From assembly GCA_015257795.3 (NCBI GenBank), contig CP072208.2, positions 630,001 to 662,000 of the forward strand: DNA of 32,000 bases, written 5' to 3'. Shown one piece after another: positions 8,768 through 17,548 of this stretch (its first letter is position 1; each line of letters begins with the position of its first letter). Below the pieces are notes generated by a model, which was given only the letters and a program-made list of their open reading frames with translations, did not search any database and was not told the origin of the DNA. Position numbers and translations under genes: made by a program. The DNA comes from Candidatus Nanogingivalaceae bacterium. Lineage in GTDB: Bacteria > Patescibacteriota > Saccharimonadia > Saccharimonadales > Saccharimonadaceae.

Positions 8768-9490
8768 CTAATTACTGAAAAATTGTCTTGCTCGTTCTGT
8801 TTTTGGATTATCCATAACTTCAGATGGCTTCCCATCTTCAATAATTACACCTTTATCTAGAAAAATCATCCTTGTACCAACTTCTCGGGCAAATTTCATC
8901 TCGTGCGTAACAATAACCATAGTCATCCCTTTTTCAGCAACCTCTCGAATAACATCAAGAACTTCACCAATCATTTCAGGGTCGAGGGCAGAAGTTGGCT
9001 CATCAAAGAGCATAATTTTCGGCTCCATTGCTAGAGCTCGCGCAATTGCTACACGCTGTTTTTGACCACCTGATAAACTATTTGGCATCGCTTTAGCTTT
9101 ATTTAACAAACCGACGTCATTTAATAGTTCTCTAGCTTTTTTGGTGATTGCCCTATCTGAAACTTTTCGAAGTTTTTTAGGTGCCAGCTTGATATTTTCG
9201 ATCACACTATAGTTCGGAAAAAGATTAAACTGTTGAAAAACCATTCCAACTTCTCTTCGCAACTTATTTAAATCAGTTTTCTTATCGGTAATTTTTACGC
9301 CATCAACAATAATTTCTCCCGATGTCGGTTCTTCAAGTAAATTCAAGCATCTCAAAAATGTCGATTTTCCCGAGCCGCTCGAACCAACGATAACGACAAC
9401 TTCGCCTTCCTCAATATCAATATCGATATCTTTTAAAACATGATTAGAACCGTAATTCTTTTTTAAGTTCTTAATGCTAATTATTTTCAT
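8768..9490 (-). CDS. Polar amino-acid ABC importer, ATP-binding protein (GlnQ/HisP-like)
   Basis: Walker A GSSGSGKST, signature LSGGQKQRVAIARAL, Walker B MLFDEPTSALD, H-loop VTHEM. Confidence 0.9.
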   Translation of the reverse strand: MKIISIKNLKKNYGSNHVLKDIDIDIEEGEVVVIVGSSGSGKSTFLRCLNLLEEPTSGEIIVDGVKITDKKTDLNKLRREVGMVFQQFNLFPNYSVIENIKLAPKKLRKVSDRAITKKARELLNDVGLLNKAKAMPNSLSGGQKQRVAIARALAMEPKIMLFDEPTSALDPEMIGEVLDVIREVAEKGMTMVIVTHEMKFAREVGTRMIFLDKGVIIEDGKPSEVMDNPKTERARQFFSN

Positions 9491-10181
9491 TATCTAATTT
9501 CCTCTCAACCTTTGACATAATTCGTGTAAAAATCGCTGTTAAAGCAAGATAAATCAAAGCAGCTGCAAAAAGTGATTGAAACGCAGTTGAAGTTTGGAAA
9601 CGAATATTATCCGCACCACGCATAATATCGCTTAAACCAATCCAACCGACAATTGAGGTTTCCTTAAGCAATGCGATAAATTCACTAATAAGTGGCGGTA
9701 ACGAATTTCGAAACGCTTGCGGCAAAATTACTAGTCGCATAGCTTGCCAATTACTAAAACCTAGCGAACGAGCAGCTTCCGTTTGTCCCTTATCAATACT
9801 TTCAATTCCCCCACGAATAATCTCAGCAATATAAGCTCCCGCATTTATTCCAAAGGCGATTGCTGCCGTGAAAATTTTTGGCATGAATTGATACGAACCG
9901 AACACAACATAATACATAATTAAAAGCTGTACAAGTAAAGGTGTTCCGCGAATAATATCTACATAAATTTTTCCCAAAAAAGCTAACGGATTGAACTTTG
10001 CTAATTTCTTATTTTTTGAATTTCGAAATGGCTGAAAATTCGATGTTCGCATTAAGGCAATTAAAACACCAATAATCGAACCTAAAATTACTGAAAGTAC
10101 CGTTAATACGAGCGTAACTTCTAAACCTTGCCAAAGAAAAATCCACCGATTTCCGCCAAAAATTACTTCCCAAAAATTCAT
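9477..10181 (-). CDS. Polar amino-acid ABC importer permease (His/Glu/Gln/Arg/opine family)
   Basis: Multi-pass membrane protein with the EAA-type loop (TEAARSLGFSNWQAMRLVILPQA). Overlaps both neighbouring genes. Confidence 0.85.
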   Translation of the reverse strand: MNFWEVIFGGNRWIFLWQGLEVTLVLTVLSVILGSIIGVLIALMRTSNFQPFRNSKNKKLAKFNPLAFLGKIYVDIIRGTPLLVQLLIMYYVVFGSYQFMPKIFTAAIAFGINAGAYIAEIIRGGIESIDKGQTEAARSLGFSNWQAMRLVILPQAFRNSLPPLISEFIALLKETSIVGWIGLSDIMRGADNIRFQTSTAFQSLFAAALIYLALTAIFTRIMSKVERKLDNENN

Positions 10182-10966
10182 TTTTCACTCACTTCATTAA
10201 AATACTTTTTAACCAATTTCTGATATCGACCATCTTTTTTCATCTCAGTAATAACTTTATCCACCTGATCTTTCAATTCATTATTATCTTTTTTTATAGC
10301 AACTGCATATTCTTCATTACTCAAGGAATCTGGTAAAATTTGTAAATTTGAATATCCATGAACATATTGATTAGCGGGAGCCTCATCTAAGACCGCTGCA
10401 TCAATTTTTCCAGAGCTCAAATCTTGCAGAACGCTTGGGACTGATTGTAGTTGAGTTACGCTAACGCCTTTAATTTTCGAAACGATCGTATCACTAGTTG
10501 TCCCTAATTGAACACCAATTTTATTTCCCGAAAGCTCATATTTGTTTCGAATTGTTGAACCTTTACGAACAACAATTTTTTGTGCCGCAGAATAGTATGA
10601 TTTCGAAAAAGAAACATTTTTCTCACGTTCGGGAGTTTTTGTCATTCCCGCAATAACCATATCTACTTGTCCAGTTTCTAGAGCAGGAAGAAGTCCATCA
10701 AAGCCCATATCTTCAACTTTTAGTTCTTTTCCTAAACTTTTTGCAACCTCCCGTGAAAGATCAATATCAAATCCAACGACTTTTCCGTCTTGAATATATT
10801 CAAAAGGTTTAAAACCGGCATGCGTCCCAATAACCAAAACGCTCTTTCGATCACCGATAGTCCCTTCACGATATAAAATATCTATTAACATTAAAAAAAT
10901 AGCTGCAATAAAAATAAAAATTCCTGCTAGCCAAATAAAATTACTTCTTTTTGCTACACCTTCCAT
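10178..10966 (-). CDS. Amino-acid ABC importer substrate-binding protein (family 3), membrane-anchored
   Basis: N-terminal TM anchor, then the family-3 pattern: PFEY...G.VVGFDIDL, LLPALETGQVDMVIAGMT. Confidence 0.85.
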   Translation of the reverse strand: MEGVAKRSNFIWLAGIFIFIAAIFLMLIDILYREGTIGDRKSVLVIGTHAGFKPFEYIQDGKVVGFDIDLSREVAKSLGKELKVEDMGFDGLLPALETGQVDMVIAGMTKTPEREKNVSFSKSYYSAAQKIVVRKGSTIRNKYELSGNKIGVQLGTTSDTIVSKIKGVSVTQLQSVPSVLQDLSSGKIDAAVLDEAPANQYVHGYSNLQILPDSLSNEEYAVAIKKDNNELKDQVDKVITEMKKDGRYQKLVKKYFNEVSEK

Positions 10967-10972
10967 AGGTAT

Positions 10973-11001
10973 ATTATAGTCTTTTTGCTTATGATTATCA
11001 A
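10973..11001 (-). promoter_or_regulatory. Sigma70-type promoter (TTGATA-17-TATAAT), with only 6 nt to the ATG
   Basis: Reverse strand reads TTGATAatcataagcaaaaagacTATAATatacctATG. Confidence 0.5.
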
Positions 11002-11011
11002 CTTAATTTCT

Positions 11012-11042
11012 AACAAAAAATAAGCTTTTCACAAAGAAAAGC
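11012..11042 (-). terminator. Rho-independent terminator after jag
   Basis: 7-bp stem GCTTTTC/GAAAAGC (11024-11030 / 11036-11042) with a 5-nt loop, followed on the minus strand by TTATTTTTT. Confidence 0.6.
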
Positions 11043-11498
11043 CTATTTTTTCGAAATAACCAATTGACGCTCTCGGCCTTCGCCTTCAGAATGAGTTTCA
11101 ATATCGGAATAATCTTGAGCCAATTTATGAACCGTAAACCGATCTGTTGGATTTAAATTTAAGCGATAAGGTTCGCCTGTTTTACGAACTTGTTCTATCC
11201 ATTTTTCGGCTTTTTGCGAAATCTTTTGAGCACGCTGTTTTTTGTAATCCGCAACATCGATACTTACACGAGTGATTTCGGCATTTTTCGATTCAAGCGC
11301 ACGCGAAACCAAAAATTGCAATGCTCGCAAATTCCCTGAATCACGGCCAATGAAGAGCGAGTTTAATTCACTAGAAGGAACTGAAAGTTGGATAACTTGA
11401 TCTTCAGAAGTGGAATAAACCGCCAGATTAACTCCAAAAAAGCTTAAAATATCTTCTAAAAACTTTTGCGCAAAAACAATTGACTCTTCCCGATTCAT
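11043..11498 (-). CDS. jag: Jag/KhpB-like RNA-binding protein (KH + R3H domains)
   Basis: Located directly downstream of yidC. KH-like region IGRDSGNLRALQFL and C-terminal R3H-like region (NPTDRFTVHKLAQDY). Confidence 0.75.
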   Translation of the reverse strand: MNREESIVFAQKFLEDILSFFGVNLAVYSTSEDQVIQLSVPSSELNSLFIGRDSGNLRALQFLVSRALESKNAEITRVSIDVADYKKQRAQKISQKAEKWIEQVRKTGEPYRLNLNPTDRFTVHKLAQDYSDIETHSEGEGRERQLVISKK

Positions 11499-11499
11499 A

Positions 11500-12465
11500 T
11501 TACCTCCGTTTTCCTTCTTTCGCTTTAATCCTTCGAATATTCGTTCCTCCAGTTTTTTCTTTCGAATTCTTCTTTGGAACTTGTACCGTTGTATTTTTCA
11601 CAATAACAGCTTCTTTTGCATTCCGAAGTTTTTTCTTGTTTGATTCTGCAGCGATCTCTTCCATCTCTTTAGAATCAATTGAGAAGATATATTTTTGCTG
11701 AATAATTTGGACGATGTTTGAAATTAAGTAATAGAACGTTAGCGCACCATAAAGGCTAATCATAACGAAGAACATAATTGCCGGGAGAATTAAGTTCATA
11801 TTTGAATTAACCGCAGCATTAAGTTCTGCTTGATTTGGTTCTTTGCCGTCAGCGGCATCCTTAAAGATTTCTCGAACCGTTCGCTTGCCCTTTTGAGGTT
11901 GAGTTTGCTTAACCATATACCATTGCGAAAATGCAAGACCGAGTGCAATAATCATCATAAATCCGCTAGAAAAGTCGTTTAACGGTACAGCTGTATCCGT
12001 TAGGTCAATAACCCCAAGGAATTTTGGATCAAGCTTTTTATGAGAAATAACTTCGCTAACTCGACTCATTTGTGCAACCGGCTGATAAGCCCATTTCGAA
12101 ATTTGACCTGGATTATTTACTACAATCCGCATCACACTAAAGAAGGTTAAGAGAATTGGCAACTGAATAAATAATGTTAACATTGAGCGGAATGGTTTGA
12201 AATTATGCTTGCGGTAAAGTTCCATCATCTGAAGTGTTTCAAGCTGTTTATTGCCTTTTGCGTTCTTTCGAATCTTCTGCAATTCAGGTTGAAGATTTCG
12301 CATAGTTTTTGTTTGATGAAGTTGGCTTTTTGTAAGCGGCCACATCAAAAAACGCACAATTAAAGTAAAGACAATAATTGTGAAACCAAAATCACCGATA
12401 AAGTTATAAATCACCAATAATAGGTTCAAAATTGGCTGAGTAATAAATAGTTCAAACAGATTCAT
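11500..12465 (-). CDS. yidC: Membrane protein insertase YidC
   Basis: Sits in the conserved rnpA-yidC-jag context. Motifs PLTKSQLHQTKTMRNLQPELQKI and a basic C-terminal tail. A TATAAT box lies 7 nt upstream of the ATG (12473-12478). Confidence 0.9.
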   Translation of the reverse strand: MNLFELFITQPILNLLLVIYNFIGDFGFTIIVFTLIVRFLMWPLTKSQLHQTKTMRNLQPELQKIRKNAKGNKQLETLQMMELYRKHNFKPFRSMLTLFIQLPILLTFFSVMRIVVNNPGQISKWAYQPVAQMSRVSEVISHKKLDPKFLGVIDLTDTAVPLNDFSSGFMMIIALGLAFSQWYMVKQTQPQKGKRTVREIFKDAADGKEPNQAELNAAVNSNMNLILPAIMFFVMISLYGALTFYYLISNIVQIIQQKYIFSIDSKEMEEIAAESNKKKLRNAKEAVIVKNTTVQVPKKNSKEKTGGTNIRRIKAKEGKRR

Positions 12466-12488
12466 ATCTATTATTATACTACCTTTAT

Positions 12489-12842
12489 CTATTTATTACA
12501 ATAAAAATCAGCTTCTTTAAAGGTGTTGACTAAAGTCTCTTTCAATTCTTCATGGGGAATATCTTTAACGCTTTTATGAAAAATCAAAACCACAACATCA
12601 AAAGTCCCATCAATTTTCGGTAGTTCATTTCGAATAATTTCATAAACTCGCCGACGAATTCGATTTCGGCCAACCGCACTTTTTAATACCTTTTTCGAAA
12701 CTACCACAGCAAAACGTGAGTCTTTTCGCCGTTGGTTTTTTGTAAATTTTACAACAATTTTTTGTGTTCGAACCGAATTTCCATTCGCATAAACATACCG
12801 CAAACTGCCATGACCGTGAAACCTATTTTTATAAGATAACAT
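12489..12842 (-). CDS. rnpA: Ribonuclease P protein component
   Basis: 117 aa, basic, with the RNR-type motif AVGRNRIRRRVYEI. Located upstream of yidC. Confidence 0.85.
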   Translation of the reverse strand: MLSYKNRFHGHGSLRYVYANGNSVRTQKIVVKFTKNQRRKDSRFAVVVSKKVLKSAVGRNRIRRRVYEIIRNELPKIDGTFDVVVLIFHKSVKDIPHEELKETLVNTFKEADFYCNK

Positions 12843-12852
12843 AACTTTTTAT

Positions 12853-12881
12853 ATTTTAGCATTTTTTGATAAAATTAGCAA
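12853..12881 (-). promoter_or_regulatory. Promoter TTGCTA-17-(TGc)TAAAAT, 10 nt upstream of the rnpA ATG
   Basis: Reverse strand reads TTGCTAattttatcaaaaaaTGcTAAAATataaaaagttATG. Confidence 0.5.
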
Positions 12882-12920
12882 ATTAAAACGAGCTCATGCT
12901 GAACCCGTTTTTAAAGCTTA

Positions 12921-13535
12921 TTATAAGTTTACAATAACTTTTTTATTTGACCAGAATGATGGTTGGTAGTGAAGCTTTATTTGAGAACCTGCAGGAACCT
13001 CAAAAATCATAGAACCAGTCTTTTTACCACCTTTTACTAGATCCCCAGAACCAAGGCTATCTGGCAAACTGTATGTTTGTCCATCCGCGCTCTCAGCAGC
13101 ACCGTTAGAATCTTCAGCTTTAAATTCAAAAACGTTATAGCTCATTTCAGTTTCAGATTTATTTTCAATCTTTACTGTAACCTTTACATATTCTTTGCCA
13201 TCTTTTGGCTTCATATAGGTATTTCCAGAATCCCAATTTCGCTCAACCTTTTCAACAGTTAATTCTTTTCCATCAAAAGCAATTATATCGCCAACCTTAA
13301 ATTCAGTTTTTTCTTCTTTCTTGGGTTCATTATTCTGAACTTGAGATGATCCATTTGATCCAGAGTTTTTATTTTCGCCAACTTTTTCAGCCCGTTTAGA
13401 TTGACTACCAATAAGCACAACAAATACAACCACAATAACCCAAAACCAAGCTTTTTTATAGAACGGTTTCCCTGATTTAGTTTTTGCTAACCGTTTTTCA
13501 TCCTTAGATTCTGTAGCCAGCTTTTCTTCTTTCAT
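12921..13535 (-). CDS. Membrane-anchored DUF4352-like surface protein
   Basis: N-terminal TM segment WFWVIVVVFVVLIG, a low-complexity linker, then a beta-sandwich pattern: FKVGD...TVEKVER...KEYVKVTVKIENKSETEMSYNVFEFKAEDSNG...KTGSMIFEVP. Confidence 0.75.
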   Translation of the reverse strand: MKEEKLATESKDEKRLAKTKSGKPFYKKAWFWVIVVVFVVLIGSQSKRAEKVGENKNSGSNGSSQVQNNEPKKEEKTEFKVGDIIAFDGKELTVEKVERNWDSGNTYMKPKDGKEYVKVTVKIENKSETEMSYNVFEFKAEDSNGAAESADGQTYSLPDSLGSGDLVKGGKKTGSMIFEVPAGSQIKLHYQPSFWSNKKVIVNL

Positions 13536-13574
13536 TAGAACTCCTTTTATAAAATTTTAATTTATTATGTAATA

Positions 13575-13608
13575 ATTTTACCCCCCCCCCCCCGATATAC
13601 TTTGTCAA
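13575..13608 (-). promoter_or_regulatory. Candidate promoter TTGACA-(22 nt including G13)-TAAAAT for the DUF4352-like gene
   Basis: Reverse strand reads TTGACAaagtatatcGGGGGGGGGGGGGTAAAAT. A ~40-nt leader with an AAAGGAG SD follows, before the ATG at 13535. Confidence 0.45.
13581..13593. repeat. Homopolymer C13 (G13 on the coding strand of the downstream gene)
   Basis: Read directly from the sequence: 13 consecutive C. Confidence 0.95.
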
Positions 13609-13627
13609 TAGCAAAAAATAAAAAAAT

Positions 13628-13656
13628 GGTACAGAACCTTAAATGAATTCTGTACC
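13628..13656 (-). terminator. Rho-independent (bidirectional) terminator after copA
   Basis: 9-bp stem GGTACAGAA/TTCTGTACC, flanked by an A-run on one side and a T-run on the other. Confidence 0.7.
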
Positions 13657-13672
13657 ACTTTTTTTATTGAGT

Positions 13673-15895
13673 CTAATCAATTTTCGCAACATTGAGAAGC
13701 AGCGAGCTAGTCAAAACAGACAAAGAACTAAGGGCCATAGCAAGACCTGCTAGTTCTGGATTGAGGGTCAATCCCAGTCCTACAAAGACTCCAGCAGCAA
13801 TTGGAATCCCAAGGAGATTGTAGATAGAGGCCCAGAAGAGATTGAGTAAGATCCTGCGGAAGGTCTTTTGACTCATGTCAAAGGCGCGCACAACGCCAAG
13901 CAAATCATTTTGCGTGAGCACGATGCCACCGGACTCGATCGCAATATCCGTTCCAGATCCCATAGCGATCCCCACATCCGCGATCGAGAGAGCTGGAGCA
14001 TCATTGATCCCATCTCCAACAAAGGCGACCTTGCTATCTTCTTGCAGTTTTTGGATGGCGCTAGCTTTTTCTTGAGGAAGGACATCAGCAATGACGGTGT
14101 CAATTCCCACTTGCTTAGCAATAGCTTGGGCCACCCGTTCATTATCCCCCGTTAACATGACCGTTTTCAAGCCCCGTTCTTTGAGCTTTTTGATCGCTTC
14201 TTTTGAGCTGGCCTTCGGAGCATCTTGAATGGCAATCAAGCCAATCACTTGCCCATCCACAGACAAACTGATCACTGTTTTGGCCTGCTCTTGCAAGTCT
14301 ACCATCCGTTTTTCAAGCTCCGGATCCATCGCTGTCCCGTCATGAAGTTTGCCATTTCCCAAGGTCACCAACTGCTGGTCGATCTGACCTTGGACCCCTT
14401 TTCCTTCAATCGCTTGGAAGTTTTCCACAGGGGATAACACCAAACCTTTTTCTTCTGCTTGGGATAACACCGCTTGGGCTAGTGGATGTTCTGAAAAAGT
14501 TTCAAGACTAGCAGCCGGTGTCAAGACACGCGCTTCATCTCCTACAACATCGGTTACAAGTGGTTGGCCAATGGTAATGGTCCCTGTCTTATCAAACACC
14601 ACGGTTTGAATCTTTTGCACTTCTTGAAGAACTGTTCCATTTTTAATCAGAACCCCCATCTTGGCACTACGGCCGGTTCCGACCATCAGGGCTGTTGGGG
14701 TTGCTAAACCAAGGGCACAAGGACAGGCAATAATGAGGACAGAGACTGCATAGAGCATGGCCTCTTGAAGCGACGCGCCCAGAAGCACGGACCAAACCCA
14801 GAAAGTCGCAATGGCCAAAATCGTCACCACTGGAACAAAGATACCTGAAATCTTATCCGTCAAATCTTGAATAGGAGCACGACTGGATTGGGCCATTTTG
14901 ACAAAGTCCACAATTTGAGATAAGAGGGTCTCACTACCGACTTTTTCAGCCTTAAAGAGAATGGTCCCATTGCTGTTGATAGTGGAGCCGATCACTGCAT
15001 CACCAACTGATTTTTCCACAGGCAAGCTTTCACCTGTCACCATCGACTCATCAATGGTCGTACTTCCTTCTACAATCGTCCCATCAACCGCAATCTTTTC
15101 CCCAGGACGGACCCGAATCAAGTCACCAATTTGGATATCTTCTGCCGCCACCTCGACATAGTTCCCATCACGGAGAACTTGAGCCGTTTTTGCCTGCAAA
15201 TCCAACAATTTTTCCACAGCCTCGGAGGCATTGTTACGCATCCGTTCTTCAAAGATTTGCCCTAAGAGGATAAAGAAGATGATAAAACCCGCAGCCTCAA
15301 AGTATACTGGCTGACCAGTAAAAAGGGCAAATACACTATAGACATAGGCTACCAGGGTTCCAAGAGCTACCAAGGTATCCATATTGGAATGGTGCTTCTT
15401 AAATGAGGCCCAGGCACTCTTGATAAAAGGTACTCCTGCTACCAACATGATCGGCGTTGTCGCTAGAAAAGCCCCCCAGCGACTGACTGGATGGGAGACA
15501 AATCCTGCCCACATCCCAATCATCAAGATCAATAAAGGAAGGGTAAAGATACTAGTAATCCAAAAGCGACCCCGTAAATTTAAGACACGACGGCGTTTTT
15601 CCACAACCGTGTAGGAACCCTTTTGCATCTTCATTCCACATGAAAACTCGAAGTCCCCTGTTTCTGTCGGGGTAAAGGATATCACCTTATCCACACCGAC
15701 TTCCAAAGGCTCTAAAATCCCCTGATCTTCAAACAAAATTTCCTTGTAACAGCCGGAAGGATTGACCCGATGGAAGGTGATTTCAGCAGGGATCCCTTTT
15801 TGAAGTTGAAATTCCTTTGGACTATAGCCTTTTTCTGCTGTAATACGGATCTTTTGCACTCCGTTTTCCACAACTGCTTTTTGTTTTTCTACCAT
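13673..15895 (-). CDS. copA: Cu(I)-exporting P1B-type ATPase with an N-terminal cupredoxin-like metal-binding domain
   Basis: TGES, CPC ([13 protein letters not shown]), [27 protein letters not shown]. The N-terminal ~100 aa lack a CxxC HMA motif and instead carry C49...C86-G-M88-K-M90, as in the pneumococcal CopA metal-binding domain. Confidence 0.95.
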   Translation of the reverse strand: MVEKQKAVVENGVQKIRITAEKGYSPKEFQLQKGIPAEITFHRVNPSGCYKEILFEDQGILEPLEVGVDKVISFTPTETGDFEFSCGMKMQKGSYTVVEKRRRVLNLRGRFWITSIFTLPLLILMIGMWAGFVSHPVSRWGAFLATTPIMLVAGVPFIKSAWASFKKHHSNMDTLVALGTLVAYVYSVFALFTGQPVYFEAAGFIIFFILLGQIFEERMRNNASEAVEKLLDLQAKTAQVLRDGNYVEVAAEDIQIGDLIRVRPGEKIAVDGTIVEGSTTIDESMVTGESLPVEKSVGDAVIGSTINSNGTILFKAEKVGSETLLSQIVDFVKMAQSSRAPIQDLTDKISGIFVPVVTILAIATFWVWSVLLGASLQEAMLYAVSVLIIACPCALGLATPTALMVGTGRSAKMGVLIKNGTVLQEVQKIQTVVFDKTGTITIGQPLVTDVVGDEARVLTPAASLETFSEHPLAQAVLSQAEEKGLVLSPVENFQAIEGKGVQGQIDQQLVTLGNGKLHDGTAMDPELEKRMVDLQEQAKTVISLSVDGQVIGLIAIQDAPKASSKEAIKKLKERGLKTVMLTGDNERVAQAIAKQVGIDTVIADVLPQEKASAIQKLQEDSKVAFVGDGINDAPALSIADVGIAMGSGTDIAIESGGIVLTQNDLLGVVRAFDMSQKTFRRILLNLFWASIYNLLGIPIAAGVFVGLGLTLNPELAGLAMALSSLSVLTSSLLLNVAKID

Positions 15896-15905
15896 ACCTA
15901 CTCCT

Positions 15906-16277
15906 TTATTTCACAATCATGTGACCATGCATCATGTTCATTCCACATGAATACCCATATTCGCCCGCTTTTTCTGGCGTAATTTCAATGACATGTTTTT
16001 CACCTAAAGGCAAATCTTCATGAACACCAAAATCTGGAAAGATCACTTGATCCAGACATGAAGATGGATCCTTGCGATTAAAGATGATCCGGGCTGGAAC
16101 ATTCTTTTTCAGGACAATGGTTTCAGGCGAATAGCCCCCCATGACTTCGACTTCAATTTCTTGATAACCTGATTTCTGACGAGCGTGGCCGCTTACCTTT
16201 TCATGCTCTGCAAAGAACCACCAAGCAATAAAAGCAACCACAAGTAAACAAACAATACTAATCAACAATCCAAACAT
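15906..16277 (-). CDS. cupA: Membrane-anchored cupredoxin-like Cu(I) chaperone CupA
   Basis: 123 aa, with an N-terminal TM helix. Cys74, Cys111, Met113 and Met115 ([11 protein letters not shown]) sit at the positions I recall for Streptococcus pneumoniae CupA. Paralogous to the CopA N-domain and located immediately upstream of copA. Confidence 0.85.
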   Translation of the reverse strand: MFGLLISIVCLLVVAFIAWWFFAEHEKVSGHARQKSGYQEIEVEVMGGYSPETIVLKKNVPARIIFNRKDPSSCLDQVIFPDFGVHEDLPLGEKHVIEITPEKAGEYGYSCGMNMMHGHMIVK

Positions 16278-16321
16278 GGAATTTCCTTCTTTCTATTACA
16301 TACAATTGCAATGAATCGTTT

Positions 16322-17548
16322 TTAATCTCGTTTAAGCATCACAGTAAAAGCTTCACTCGGAATTTCAACATTTCCAAATTTCTTCATTCGCTTTTTACCA
16401 CGTTTTTGTTTAGCCAGCAATTTCTTCTTTCGAGAAACATCACCACCATAAAGATAGCCCGTCACATCTTTTCGATAAGCTGAAATGTTTTCGCGCGCAA
16501 TGAATTTTCCACCGATTGCCGCTTGAATTGCCACCTGGAAGTTTTGCCGCGGAATCACTTCTTTCAATTTTGCAGTAATCTCGCGACCCATTCGCACACT
16601 CTCCGAACGGTGACACATCACTGAAAGCGCATCAACCATTTCGCCCGCAACATAAAAATCTACTCGCACTAAATCTTCTGCTAAATAATCCCAAAGCTCA
16701 TAATTAAATGAACCGTAACCCGACGTAACACTCTTAAGCTGATCGTAAAAATCGGTCAAAAGATTCGCAAGCGGTGCTTCAAAAGAAATCAAAACACGTT
16801 CATCAATATAACTCAAGTTTTTCTGTAAGCCACGTTTCGAAACAATTAATTGAATTACCGCACCAACATAATCTTTTGGCACCACAATTTCGCCCTTAAT
16901 CCACGGCTCACGAATTTCAGAAATTCTTGTTTGGTCTGGTAAATCAGCTGCACTCTTAATATCTAATTCTTCACCTGTTGTTAAAATTACATGATAGTCA
17001 GTTGAAGGGTTAGTAATCACTAGATCTAGATTATATTCTCGTTCCAAACGCTCACGAACAATATCCATATGAAGAAGTCCAAGAAAACCAATTCGTATAC
17101 CAAAGCCCAAAACTGGCGAATTTTCTGGCTCAAACTGCAATGCAGAATCGCTCAAGCTTAGCTTTTCGACTGCATCTTTCAAATCTTGATAATCTTCGTT
17201 CGAAACTGGGAAAAATCCCGCATAAACAAACGGCTGAACATTCTGGTATCCCGGTAAAGGTTCATTAGCGGGGTTTTTCGAAAGTGTTACAGTATCACCA
17301 ACCTTCGCCTCGCGCGTGGTTTTCAAGTTTGTCACGATGTAGCCAATTTCTCCAGCCCCCATTTTATCGTATGGCGTCATTTTTGGCTGAAGCTTACCAA
17401 TTTCGAGTGCTAAGCCTTTCGAATCGGTTGCCATCATTTTAATTTCATCACCCTTTTTCAATTCACCCGAAAAAATCCGAACATACAAAATTACACCGCG
17501 ATAATCATCATAATAACTGTCAAAAATCAAAGCTTTTAGTGGTTTCAT
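16322..17548 (-). CDS. lepA: Elongation factor 4 (LepA), domains II to C-terminus, as a separate ORF
   Basis: PLKALIFDSYYDDYRGVILYVRI... aligns with LepA directly after the G domain. The LepA-specific C-terminal domain is present. Confidence 0.9.
   Translation of the reverse strand: MKPLKALIFDSYYDDYRGVILYVRIFSGELKKGDEIKMMATDSKGLALEIGKLQPKMTPYDKMGAGEIGYIVTNLKTTREAKVGDTVTLSKNPANEPLPGYQNVQPFVYAGFFPVSNEDYQDLKDAVEKLSLSDSALQFEPENSPVLGFGIRIGFLGLLHMDIVRERLEREYNLDLVITNPSTDYHVILTTGEELDIKSAADLPDQTRISEIREPWIKGEIVVPKDYVGAVIQLIVSKRGLQKNLSYIDERVLISFEAPLANLLTDFYDQLKSVTSGYGSFNYELWDYLAEDLVRVDFYVAGEMVDALSVMCHRSESVRMGREITAKLKEVIPRQNFQVAIQAAIGGKFIARENISAYRKDVTGYLYGGDVSRKKKLLAKQKRGKKRMKKFGNVEIPSEAFTVMLKRD

Larger units (their letters stand above)
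13610..16321. other. Compositionally foreign island carrying cupA-copA (boundaries approximate)
   Basis: Sampled 60-nt lines inside the island give about 48% G+C, against about 35% in the flanks. The island contains no TTCGAA although the flanks have about 3 per kb. Both genes have Firmicute-style SD-led starts. Confidence 0.7.

Noticed and set aside
12843-12920. Expected rpmH (L34) upstream of rnpA.
   Set aside because: The spacer is only 78 bp and holds a promoter-like element. No Arg/Lys-rich ~45-codon ORF is present, so rpmH must lie elsewhere.
13642-16317. Shared heptamer AATGAAT near both island edges (about 13642 and 16311), considered as possible target-site duplication.
   Set aside because: Seven AT-rich bases are expected by chance in this composition. 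One copy lies in the terminator loop, and no mobility gene is present.
16278-16321. Possible CopY operator (cop box) or promoter upstream of cupA.
   Set aside because: Only TACATACAAT and an ATTGCAAT palindrome are present. There is no TACAnnTGTA match and no convincing -35/-10 pair, so I report the absence rather than a site.
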